A stretch of 64,000 bases of DNA from Candidatus Tectimicrobiota bacterium (GTDB lineage: Bacteria; JACPUC01). The stretch covers positions 198,821 to 262,820 of the forward strand of contig JACPUC010000026.1 in the NCBI GenBank assembly GCA_016192455.1, read 5' to 3'. Below the pieces are notes generated by a model. It ran no database searches and was not told where the DNA came from. It saw only the letters and a list, made by a program, of their open reading frames with translations. Position numbers and translations under genes: made by a program. Positions 9,696 to 19,073 of the stretch are shown in pieces. Every line of letters starts with the position of its first letter. The first letter of the stretch is position 1.

Positions 9696-10778
9696 TCAGC
9701 GCGGGAAACTGGCGAGGAGATAGGCTCCGCCGGCAGCGAAGACGAGGTTCGGAGTCCACGCCGCGAGGAGGGCGGGGAGGATCCCCTTATAGCCGGCGGT
9801 GAGGCTGAGGGAGAGGATGACAAAGTAGGCGAGCGACAACCCGAGGGTGACGGCGATCCCCAGGGCGGTGCCGCTGCGGCGTCCTGGACGCAGCGACAAG
9901 GGCAGGCCGATGAGCACCATGAGAATCGGCACCCATGGTTGGGCCAGCTTGTTCTGCAGGTCCACCGTGTAGCGGGTGTCATCAAGGCCGTGCTCGCGGG
10001 CTCGCTGCACGAAGCGGTAGATTTCCCCCAGCGTCATGTTCTCCGGCTTCTTGCGCAGCTCGAGGAAATCACCGGGTTCCTCCGGGAAGGTGCGCAGGAG
10101 CGTCGCTTGGTGCTCGTATTGGACATCGCCGTCGGGCGTGAACTCATGCGCATAGGCATTCACGAAGCGCCAGGTTCCCCCCTCGAAAAAGGCGTGCTCC
10201 GCATCGAGACGCCGCCGTACCTGGTGGTTCTCGTCGAACATGTAGATCGTCACGCCGTGCAGCGAGTTCGTGGGGCGGTGGAAGTAGCGCACGTGCCAGA
10301 TCCTCGACTCGCGATCGCGGTACCAGAGATCGTTGTCGCGAAACACCCCGCGCGGCTCCTTGCCTTCGACCTTCTCGCGCATCGTGCGGTCAACGAGCGT
10401 GTTGGCCAGCGGCACCACCACCTCATGGGCGGCGACCAGGAACAGGCTCACCGCCACGGCGCACCAGAACATCGGCTTGCCGATGCTCACCAGGCTCATG
10501 CCGGCGCACCGCATCGCCGTCGTCTCCTGGTTGCGGGCCTTCAAGGTCAAGGTCAGCACGGTTGCGAGGAGCACCGCGAAGGGAGCCGTCTGCGTGAAGA
10601 TGAAGGGGAGCCGGTAGAAAAAGTAAGTGAGCGCATGGACGAGGCGCGCCTGGTGCTCGATGAAATCGTCGACGCGCTCGAAGAACTCCACCAGCAGGTA
10701 GATGCTGGTGAAGATCACCAGGCTGAGACCTAACAGGCTTAGGAACTCGCGCAGGAGATAGCGATGCACGATCTTCAC
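9696..10778 (-). CDS. lptG: LPS export ABC transporter permease LptG
   Basis: IVHRYLLREF N-terminus, YjgP/YjgQ architecture, 'LQNKLAQPW' and C-terminal 'LLAAWTPN'. GTG start overlaps the lptF stop. Confidence 0.88.
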   Translation of the reverse strand: MKIVHRYLLREFLSLLGLSLVIFTSIYLLVEFFERVDDFIEHQARLVHALTYFFYRLPFIFTQTAPFAVLLATVLTLTLKARNQETTAMRCAGMSLVSIGKPMFWCAVAVSLFLVAAHEVVVPLANTLVDRTMREKVEGKEPRGVFRDNDLWYRDRESRIWHVRYFHRPTNSLHGVTIYMFDENHQVRRRLDAEHAFFEGGTWRFVNAYAHEFTPDGDVQYEHQATLLRTFPEEPGDFLELRKKPENMTLGEIYRFVQRAREHGLDDTRYTVDLQNKLAQPWVPILMVLIGLPLSLRPGRRSGTALGIAVTLGLSLAYFVILSLSLTAGYKGILPALLAAWTPNLVFAAGGAYLLASFPR

Positions 10779-11965
10779 GCCCGCTCCTGTCGCGCGAAGC
10801 GCTTTGGGAAACGCCGCGCCAGCCACATCTGCGCCTGGTCGAGGACGCGGAGCATGCTGCTCAACCCGGCCTCGCGGCTGACCCCCACCATGAGGTAAGA
10901 GCCGATCAGTCCCAGGAAGAGATTGGGGCTCCACGCCGCCACCACCGCAGGCACCACCCCCTCCCCGCCCAGGGACTTGCCGGCGGTCAGCAAGAGGTAG
11001 TAGCTGAGGATGACGGCCAGGCTGGCGATCATGCCGCCGAAGCGCCCGGAGCGGCGGTTGAGCATCCCCAGGGGGGCACCAATGAGGCCCAGGATCAAAC
11101 TCGCAAAGGGGAGAGCAAATTTCTGCTGAAACTCGATGCGCAACTGATGGGTCGGTCGGCCGGCGCGCTCCTGCTGCTGGATGAAGGCGGAGAGCTCCCG
11201 CGGCGTCATCTCGCGCGTGCTTTTGCGCAAGGGAGCGCGCAGCTCCGCGCCGAACGACAGGGTGAGGTCGTAGCGGGCAAAGCGGAGGTAATCGTACTTC
11301 TCCTTGCCACCATCCCAGCTATGGATGCTCCCATTCTTCAGACGCAGGAAGATTTTCAACTCCGCCGGATCGACGAAGAGCATTCCTTCGTCCGCCGTGA
11401 TGGTCTGGGGCGCCTTGGGGTCGCGCGAGTCCGCGATGAGCACCCCGCGCAGGAAGGTGCCGTCGCGCTCCGCTTCGTCGACGTAGAGCATCACCCCGGG
11501 GAAGTAGTCGTTGAAGACCCGCGCCCGCAGGCCCACATCGGCCCGCATGCGCAGGATTGAGAAGAGGTACCTGCGAAAGGCATGGTTGCTGCGCGGCACG
11601 GTTGACACCATGAAGACCGCGGCGACGAGCCCCACCGCAACGGAGAAGGCGATCATCGGACGCAGCAAGCGCACCAGGCTGACGCCGCTGGCGCGCAGCA
11701 CGGTGATCTCGGAATCGGTGGCCAGGCGGCTGAACGCCATGACGATCGCCACGAGCTGCGCCATCGGCAAGGTGACGGCCAGGTACGACGGCAGGAGGTA
11801 GAGGAGAAGCAGGAAGACGCCCCCGAGGGGCACCCCTTTCTTCACCACCAGGTCGGTGAGCTGAAGGAGCTGCGCCAAGCCGAGCACAATTGTCAGCACG
11901 GCCACGTTGGCCACGAAGAGCAGGGCGATTTCCCGAAAAAGGTAGCGATCGATGATCTTGAGCAC
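10775..11965 (-). CDS. lptF: LPS export ABC transporter permease LptF
   Basis: IIDRYLFRE, DSEITVLRASGVS, 'EFQQKFALPFA' and 'AAWSPN'. Directly upstream of lptG. Confidence 0.88.
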   Translation of the reverse strand: MLKIIDRYLFREIALLFVANVAVLTIVLGLAQLLQLTDLVVKKGVPLGGVFLLLLYLLPSYLAVTLPMAQLVAIVMAFSRLATDSEITVLRASGVSLVRLLRPMIAFSVAVGLVAAVFMVSTVPRSNHAFRRYLFSILRMRADVGLRARVFNDYFPGVMLYVDEAERDGTFLRGVLIADSRDPKAPQTITADEGMLFVDPAELKIFLRLKNGSIHSWDGGKEKYDYLRFARYDLTLSFGAELRAPLRKSTREMTPRELSAFIQQQERAGRPTHQLRIEFQQKFALPFASLILGLIGAPLGMLNRRSGRFGGMIASLAVILSYYLLLTAGKSLGGEGVVPAVVAAWSPNLFLGLIGSYLMVGVSREAGLSSMLRVLDQAQMWLARRFPKRFARQERA

Positions 11966-12092
11966 GGCGAGCTCGGCATCGTTGAGAAAGAGGAAGTCGC
12001 GCCTCGGGACGTGAGAGATCCCGACCGGCAGCACCGAATGATTCTACCACACTCCTGGGGCGCCGGAGCCGAGAGAGGCATGGCGGGACGAA

Positions 12093-13676
12093 TTGGCGGC
12101 GCCGGCCGCGCCGCTGCGGCGCTCGGCGGCGGGGGGGTGGGACGTGAGCTGGAGAAGCTGTGCGGCGCCGGGCCAACCTGTGCCGACACGCCGACCAGAG
12201 CGCCCGCAAGGCGGTGCGGGTGGCTGGCTCGCCGTCGTTCTTGGAACCTGGTTGTGGTGGGTTGCCGCGGCCGCCGCGGCGCAGGGTCAGCTCCACTTGC
12301 CTCCAGGCTTCACCGCCAACGTCTACTTCCGCAGCGGCCCCGCCGGCAGTCTACGCCGCCCCACCTCCCTGGCGTTTGACGGCGCCGGCGGGCTCTACGT
12401 TGGGGAGCTGGGCGGCCGAATCCTCCTCCTCAGCGATGACGACGCGGATGGCGAGGCAGACCGTCTCATCGAGTTCGCCAGCGGCCTCGGCTCGAGCACC
12501 GGCATCGCCCTTCACGATGGCGCGCTCTACGCCTCCAGCCGCGGCAGCGTCGTGCGGCTGCGCGACCGCGACGGCGACGGCCGCGCTGACGAACGGCAGG
12601 TGATCATCAGCGGCCTGCCGACGGGACGGCATCAGAACAACGGCATCGCCTTCGGCCCCGATGGCCTCCTCTACCACTGCATCGGCTCGCGCAGCGACGG
12701 CAGCGAAGCGCGTCTCGAGGTGCTGCCGCTGGAGGCGAGCATCGTGCGCGCCACGCCGCACGGCGAGGAGCTGGAGGTGTTCGCCAGCGGCCTGCGGAAC
12801 TGCTACGACCTCGCCTTCCATCCCGTCAGCGGCGAACTCTACGCCACCGATAACGGCCGCGACGTGCCCGACTCCGGCGTGCCGGAGGAGCTGAATCTCA
12901 TCGTTGCCGAGGGAGACTATGGCTGGCCGGATTGCTGGGGAAACGGCGGCGGGTCCACCTGCAGTGGCACCCTCCCACCCATCGCCACCCTGCAGGCCCA
13001 CTCCTCAGCGGATGGGCTTGCCTTCTCCAGCGGGACGCAGTTTCCCGCCGCCTATCGCACCAACCTCTTTGTGGCGCTCTTCGGGGCCAACAGCGGCGAT
13101 CCCACAATCGGCAAGCGCGTCGTGCGCATTCGCCTGCCCGAGGCCGGCGAGGAGGCCCAGGTTGCGGACTTCGCCCTCGGCTTCGAGAACCCGCTCGACC
13201 TGGCGTTCGGACCGGATGGCAGCCTCTACGTGGCGGACTACGGCGCCGAAACGATCTACCGCATCAGCTTCGTCGGCGGCGGCGAGGAAGGCCTTCCGCC
13301 CAGCCTGGCGCCGAGCTTGCGCCTGCGCGCCGGGGCGCCGACCTACCGGCGCGGCGACACCTTGGCGCTCGAGCTTGAAGCGGAGAACGCCTCGGCAGCC
13401 TCGGCGCTGGACCCCTACGTTGCGATCATCCTTCCCGGCGGCCAGTTCGTAACCCTGCCGGCGCCGTTCGCGTTCAGCCGGCTCGGGGAGGTCCGCCGCT
13501 ATGAGGCGGCGCTGCCGACCAGCAGCCCGGAGGTGATCGTGCGGTTCAGCGCCAGCGCTACCCTCGAGGCAGGGGAGTACCGCCTTGTCGCTGTGCTCGC
13601 CCGGCGCGGCGCCGATCCCGTCAAATCGGAAAACCAGCTCTCCGTTGAGCAGACGAGCTTTACCCTCCTGCCGTAG
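12093..13676 (+). CDS. PQQ-dependent glucose/sorbosone dehydrogenase-family beta-propeller with an extra C-terminal beta-rich domain
   Basis: GLRNCYDLAFHP, LYATDNG, EELN...GDYGWP and LDLAFGPDGSLYVAD. Start uncertain. Confidence 0.8.
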   Translation: MAAPAAPLRRSAAGGWDVSWRSCAAPGQPVPTRRPERPQGGAGGWLAVVLGTWLWWVAAAAAAQGQLHLPPGFTANVYFRSGPAGSLRRPTSLAFDGAGGLYVGELGGRILLLSDDDADGEADRLIEFASGLGSSTGIALHDGALYASSRGSVVRLRDRDGDGRADERQVIISGLPTGRHQNNGIAFGPDGLLYHCIGSRSDGSEARLEVLPLEASIVRATPHGEELEVFASGLRNCYDLAFHPVSGELYATDNGRDVPDSGVPEELNLIVAEGDYGWPDCWGNGGGSTCSGTLPPIATLQAHSSADGLAFSSGTQFPAAYRTNLFVALFGANSGDPTIGKRVVRIRLPEAGEEAQVADFALGFENPLDLAFGPDGSLYVADYGAETIYRISFVGGGEEGLPPSLAPSLRLRAGAPTYRRGDTLALELEAENASAASALDPYVAIILPGGQFVTLPAPFAFSRLGEVRRYEAALPTSSPEVIVRFSASATLEAGEYRLVAVLARRGADPVKSENQLSVEQTSFTLLP

Positions 13677-13773
13677 GCGTTTTCCACGCCCCCGAACCCC
13701 GGCCTGCGCAGACAACCGGCACGAGAAAGGGCAGGGAACCTTCGCTCCCTGCCCCAGCCGGTCATTCGTCTGA

Positions 13774-14397
13774 CTACTTTGGACTATTTTGCTTAGCCGG
13801 CTCAGGCGCCTTGGCGGGCTCAGCGGGCTTCATCGGCGCCGCCGCCTTGGGCGGCTCGGCCGCTTTTGCCGGTGCAGCGGGCGCAGCCGCCTTTGCCGGT
13901 GCAGCCGCCTTTGCAGGCGCGGCTGGCTTCGAAGCTTTCGCCGGCGCGGCGCGGCCGGCCTTGGGTGCGGGCTTGGCAGCGGCGGGCTTGGCGGCCGGCT
14001 TGGCGGCAGGCTTAGCGGCGGCGGGCTTGGCAGCGGGCTTCGCGGCGGCGGGCTTGGAGACTTTCTCCATGCCGCTCACCCGCAACTCCGTGCCGATGAG
14101 TCGATCATCCTGGCGCGTATACTTCAACGAGACTCGCTTGCCCTTCTGAAGATCGCCGAGGCTCTTGATCCCTCTGAGCTTCGCAGCCTTGTCGAGCGTG
14201 ACGCCGACCGTCAGCGTCCCCTTCTTCGCTGGCACTTCGATCACCACCGCATTCTGCGCCACATCAACCGCCGAGACGGCTCCCGTGGCCCAGCGCACCT
14301 GCCCAGGTTCAATGGTCTTCGCCAGAGCCGAAGGAACGAGGATTGCGAGAGCCAGGATGAGCAAGCCAGCCGCAACTGCGTGTCCGATCCTAATCAT
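13774..14397 (-). CDS. exported protein with a small beta domain and a long Ala/Lys/Pro low-complexity tail
   Basis: Signal peptide (MIRIGHAVAAGLLILALAILVPSALA) after GGAGG, then KPAAAKP/AKAAAP repeats over about 90 aa. Confidence 0.8.
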   Translation of the reverse strand: MIRIGHAVAAGLLILALAILVPSALAKTIEPGQVRWATGAVSAVDVAQNAVVIEVPAKKGTLTVGVTLDKAAKLRGIKSLGDLQKGKRVSLKYTRQDDRLIGTELRVSGMEKVSKPAAAKPAAKPAAAKPAAKPAAKPAAAKPAPKAGRAAPAKASKPAAPAKAAAPAKAAAPAAPAKAAEPPKAAAPMKPAEPAKAPEPAKQNSPK

Positions 14398-14878
14398 TCT
14401 TCCACCTCCACTCCTGGGTACCCAGACCCACCGGTCATGATGGATGAGGGAACTTCGCCATGAAGGCTCCGGCATCCCGACCGCCACAGGTTCATGCCGC
14501 CGCGCGATCGGCGGCGGCGCGGTACTACGGCCCCCTCCACGGATCATTTGGGCGATTCGACGACCTCGCGCCGCGTCCTTCTCCCTCACCTGCCCTACCA
14601 CTCAAGTATACATGCCTTCCTGCTGCCTGCCAACGAGAACCCGCAACCATACCGCGGCGCGGCTCTCAAGGCCAGCCCCAAGGGGCGCTGAGAGGCGCCC
14701 CCAGCTTGGGCGAGAATGGGGTGGCGATGTACGGAGGCTTCGCCCTCCTCTTCGTGCCGGGCGGTTGCCGGCCACCGCTCGCCTGGCGCCACAACGCCGC
14801 TGACCACCCCCCTTCCACGCCAGAGCAGCCCGCGCCGCGCCCCCTCCCGCGCCCACCGCGAGGAAGTTCCCAGGCTGC

Positions 14879-15697
14879 TCAGATGCGCCCGCGCGCAAAT
14901 CGCGTCTCCAGCCGCGCCAGGCAAAACTTATCGACGAGATAGACCATGACGATGATGGCGACGATGGTCGCAAACATGAGCGGCGTATCGAACTCCTGGC
15001 GGGCGCGGTTCATGAGGTAACCGAGTCCGGTATCGGCGCCGAAGAGCTCGGAGATGAGGGAGACCTTCCAGGCCACGCCGTACGACACCCGCAGCGAGGA
15101 GAAGATGAACGGGAAGAGCATCGGCAAGACGACCTTGCGCAGCACCCGCAGACGCGCGCGGGTGAAGCTGTGGGCCATTTCGAGAATCTCCGTATCGAGC
15201 GACTTCATCCCCTCGTACATGTTGATCATGCAGAACGGCAGGAGAATGGCGGTTTCCACGAAGATGACGGAACCATCGGAGACGCCGAACCAGAGCACGG
15301 CGAGGAGCGCCCAGCCAAGGGAGGGGAAGGCATTGAAGAATGGGATGACGCGATCGGCGACGAGGACATCGAACTGCTTCAGGTAGGTCGGCACGAGCGC
15401 CACAAGGCCGCCGAGGACGAGCGCGAGAAAGGTCGAGATGAGGACCCGCGCCAGCGAGGCGTAGGTATGAAGTCCCCAGTTGGTGCTGAGGTCGAAGAGG
15501 AGTTTTGCGCTCAGCTTCAAGACCTTGCCGGGAGCCGGCAGGACGAACTCCGGCAAGCCTTGCGCCGCCCACCACCAGCCGATGAGGAGCAGAAGGATCA
15601 CCAGCTCCGCCAGCATGCGGTTCTTGGTGACCGTGAAGCGGCGCACGCCAACCGTGCCGGCCCTGGTATCTTCCGACGGCAATGGGGCGACGCTCAT
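14879..15697 (-). CDS. NitT/TauT family ABC transporter permease
   Basis: LPAPGKV, FPSLGWALL and LRVSYGVAWKVSLISELFGADTGLG (EAA-region) motifs. Confidence 0.9.
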   Translation of the reverse strand: MSVAPLPSEDTRAGTVGVRRFTVTKNRMLAELVILLLLIGWWWAAQGLPEFVLPAPGKVLKLSAKLLFDLSTNWGLHTYASLARVLISTFLALVLGGLVALVPTYLKQFDVLVADRVIPFFNAFPSLGWALLAVLWFGVSDGSVIFVETAILLPFCMINMYEGMKSLDTEILEMAHSFTRARLRVLRKVVLPMLFPFIFSSLRVSYGVAWKVSLISELFGADTGLGYLMNRARQEFDTPLMFATIVAIIVMVYLVDKFCLARLETRFARGRI

Positions 15698-15802
15698 ACC
15701 TTCGCGCACTCCATCTGCTGGCGCAGGGGGACACCCAGCATGAGAGGATCACCACCGGCTGCGCAGGGCGCCGCCGCGCACGGAAGACCGGCGCACGAAC
15801 CT

Positions 15803-16855
15803 CTACTTCTTCGCCCAGTAGCCGCGGAAGAGCATGCTTTCTACCGGCGGGTAGCTGTCGATGAAACCCGCCTCCTTCGACAACCGCAGGAGCGTATCGA
15901 GGGTTTTGATGTCGATCTCCCCCAGTTCGCCGGTGATGGTGTTCCACTCCATCCAGTCGAGGAACATCTAGGCGGGGCGATCGTTCAGTTTCGCCAGCTC
16001 TTGGGCGACCTCTTGCGCATGTTCGCGGGAGTACTTGCTCGACTCGTAGCTCAACCGCTGCTCCACTTCAATGAGCTTCGCTTTTTTCGCCAGCACGCTG
16101 TCGTACGTGATGTACACCGAGGGCATGAACTTGACCTGAAAGAAGTCGCGGAACTCCGGCACGGTGTCCTGCAGGACCTGGTACTCACCGGAATCGAGCA
16201 CCTTGCGGGCAAAACTCTGGAGCGTGAAGCCGGCATCCACCCGGTCTTTCAGGAGCGTGGTCCCGATGGTGGTGATGGGGATCTCCTGGCAGCGGATGTC
16301 GCCTCCCTTGGAGATATTCAGCCCGTTCTTCTTCCAGAGCAGGAGCTGCATCTGCGCCACTGAGGTCGAGCCTAGGGAGAAGACGGCGACGGTCTTACCC
16401 TTGAGCTGCTCCGGCTTGGTGATTGGCGAGCCCTTCTTGGTGAACAGGATCTGCCCGCCGGTGGCGGTCAGGCCCCCCATGATGATCTTCACATCCAGGC
16501 CGCGCTGGCGCGCCCGCACGGCCCCGAGGATCGAGGTCTCGGCGATATCGAACTGGCGCGAGCCGGTGGCCTGAATGAGCGCCGAGATGTCCAGCCCCGT
16601 CAGCTTCAGGTCTACCAGGTCAGATTTCACCTTGCCGCTCGCAATGGCAGGATAGACGGCATCGTAGCCCTTGTCGAAAAAATGCGCCATGGTGATCGTC
16701 TCTTTCGCGGCCGCGCCGCCTCGTGAGCCGAGGATCACCAGCCCCAGCAGCATGAGCACGAACCACGATCCCCTCCACGACCTCCCCCCCCCGATTGCGA
16801 ATCGACCTCCATCTCCATTCAGGCGACAGAGCCTGGCGACAACGCTGCACCCCAC
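15803..16855 (-). pseudogene. NitT/TauT family ABC substrate-binding protein interrupted by an in-frame TAG at 15968-15970
   Basis: SBP motifs (LKGKTVAVFSLGSTS). After ...NDRPA-TAG the same frame continues MFLDWMEWNTITGELGEIDIKTLDTLLRLSKEAGFIDSYPPVESMLFRGYWAKK-TAG, a typical SBP C-terminus. Confidence 0.7.
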
Positions 16856-17092
16856 TCCGCAGACCCAGCTTCATCTACATGCAGACCGGGAGCGACAGAG
16901 AGGGTGACCGGAGCATTGTCAAAAGGAGCAAGCCTTGCTACAGTACCTCAAGTATGGGAAAAGTTCCAGGGGCGCGGGCGCGGCGTCCCCTGTAGGAACG
17001 CGGCAGGCGCGACGGCACAGCAAGTCAACCCCGGGCATGTGGGAGGCGCATCGCTTACACTCCCACGCACCCATCAGGTGAGATAGAGAGCC

Positions 17093-18787
17093 ATGAGTCC
17101 CTTCGATGCAATCACCTTGGAGCTGATGTGGAGCCGCCTCATCTCGATCGCGCAGGAGCAGGCGCGGGCGCTCGTCCAGGCATCGTTCTCCACCCTCGTG
17201 GGGGAGACCGAGGACATCGCCAGCGGCATCTACGACGCGCAGGGAAACATCATCGCGCAGGGGGTCACCGGCACGCAAGGCATCCTCATCGGCATGGGGC
17301 GGGGGATCAAGCACATCCTCGCCCAGTTCCCCCCCGAACGCCTGCGGCCCGGCGATGTCCTCATCTGCAACGACCCCTGGCTGTTCACCGGGCACAAGTT
17401 CGACATCACCATTGCCATGCCGGTCTTTCTGGGGGGTCGCTTCGTCGGCATGACCGGCACCGTCTCGCACGCCACGGATGTCGGCGGCATCAAGTCGCCC
17501 GGCGACTCGGAGGAGGTCTACGAGGAGGGCTTGCACATCCCCATCCTGAAGCTCTACAAGGCCGGCAAGCTGAATGAGGATGTGCACGAGATGATCCGCT
17601 CAAACGTGCGCATGGAGACCCTGGTCATGGGTGACCTCATGGCTCAGGTGGCAGCCTGCGAGGTGGGACAGCACAAGGTGCAAGCGTTCCTGCGGGAGTA
17701 CGAGCTCGACAGCCTGGAGGCTCTCTCGACGGCCATCATGGAGCGCACCGAGGCCGCCGTGAAGGCGGCCATCCGCGCCTTCCCCGACGGGAGCTGGTCA
17801 CACACCGTGCTGCTGGACGGCATGGAGGAGCCCCTGCAGGTGCGGGCGCGCCTCACGGTGCAGGGCGAGGAGATGCTGGTGGACTTCGCCGGCAGCTCGC
17901 CGCAGACGACCCGCGGCGCCATCAACGCGGTGAAGAACTTCACCGACGCCTACACCCTGCACGCTATCAAGACGCTGCTGCTGAGCGACGTGCCGAACAA
18001 CGAGGGCTTCTTCCGCTCGGTGCGCATCGAGGCGCCGGCGGGCACGATTGTCAATGCCAGCTTCCCGGCGCCGGTGATGTCCCGCCAGATGATGACTTCC
18101 TTCGTCTCCTCCGCCGTCTTCGGCTGCCTGACGCAGGCGCTGCCGGGACGGGTCATCGCCGAGTCGGGGATCACGCAGATGGGTCTGATCAACGGCCATG
18201 ACGCCGGCGGCCGGCCGTACGTCTACTGGCTGCTGGGATTCGGCGGCATGGGGGGACGGCCGGGGATGGACGGCCACCACGCCACGAATTTCCCAGCCAA
18301 CATCGGCAATGTGCCTGTCGAAATCATTGAGGCTCTGACGCCGGTGCGGGTGGTGCGCAAGGGCCTCATTCCCGACTCCGGCGGCGCCGGCAAGTGGCGC
18401 GGCGGCTGCGACCAGGAGATCACCGTCACCGTCGCCAGCCCCTATCCGGCCACCATCAACTGCTTCTTCGAGCGCACCACGGTGGAGCCGCGCGGCTACC
18501 ACGGCGGGAGGAACGGCCGCCGCGCCATCGCCCAGATCAACGGCCGGGAGGTCCACCCGAAGCGCAAGGCTCTCCTGCAACCGGGCGACGAGCTCACCTA
18601 CAGCAGTTGCGGCGGCGGCGGGCTCTTCCCGGCCGAGGAGCGGGATGCGGAGGCGGTGCTGCGGGACGTTTTGGAAGGCTACGTGAGTGTGGAAGCGGCG
18701 CGCCGCGACTACAAGGTAGCCCTGGACCTGGCGACGCTGACGGTGGACGCGGAGGAGACAGCGAAGCTGCGCCGCGATGGGATGTAG
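17093..18787 (+). CDS. hydantoinase B / oxoprolinase family protein
   Basis: DAITLELMWSRL, PGDVLICNDPW, HATDVGG, EEGLHIP, PVEIIE, PDSGGAGKWRGG and GGGG motifs. Confidence 0.92.
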   Translation: MSPFDAITLELMWSRLISIAQEQARALVQASFSTLVGETEDIASGIYDAQGNIIAQGVTGTQGILIGMGRGIKHILAQFPPERLRPGDVLICNDPWLFTGHKFDITIAMPVFLGGRFVGMTGTVSHATDVGGIKSPGDSEEVYEEGLHIPILKLYKAGKLNEDVHEMIRSNVRMETLVMGDLMAQVAACEVGQHKVQAFLREYELDSLEALSTAIMERTEAAVKAAIRAFPDGSWSHTVLLDGMEEPLQVRARLTVQGEEMLVDFAGSSPQTTRGAINAVKNFTDAYTLHAIKTLLLSDVPNNEGFFRSVRIEAPAGTIVNASFPAPVMSRQMMTSFVSSAVFGCLTQALPGRVIAESGITQMGLINGHDAGGRPYVYWLLGFGGMGGRPGMDGHHATNFPANIGNVPVEIIEALTPVRVVRKGLIPDSGGAGKWRGGCDQEITVTVASPYPATINCFFERTTVEPRGYHGGRNGRRAIAQINGREVHPKRKALLQPGDELTYSSCGGGGLFPAEERDAEAVLRDVLEGYVSVEAARRDYKVALDLATLTVDAEETAKLRRDGM

Positions 18788-18945
18788 TCTTGCCACGCTT
18801 CAGGCAGGTCCCCATGGGCCTGCGGCCCGCCCGCGAAGCTGATGAGAATGGGGTATGCTCGGCGGTACCGTTTGCGCAACGATGTTGACCGTTCCTTGGT
18901 ACGCGCCGGTCTGCCGAACGGGAGAATCGCGGATGATCGCCGATG

Positions 18946-18973
18946 GTAGGGGCGGTTCGCGAAGCGCCCCTAC
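18946..18973 (+). repeat. GTAG-type REP palindrome (stand-alone)
   Basis: GTAGGGGCGGTTCGCGAAGCGCCCCTAC; related copies at 43336 and 53299. Confidence 0.8.
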
Positions 18974-19073
18974 GAGATGATCCGTGTGCCTCCGTCGTGC
19001 TCACCCATCCGTTCCGGCTGGCTGTCGCGCTTCAACTGCGGTGGCAAACTCGTGAGACGCAGCCGCAGCGTCC

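Noticed and set aside
15968-15970. Genome-wide amber recoding or pyrrolysine
   Set aside because: TAG is the true stop for many genes here (PPIase, bcrC, bcrB, bcrA, SDR), and there are no pyl genes in the window.
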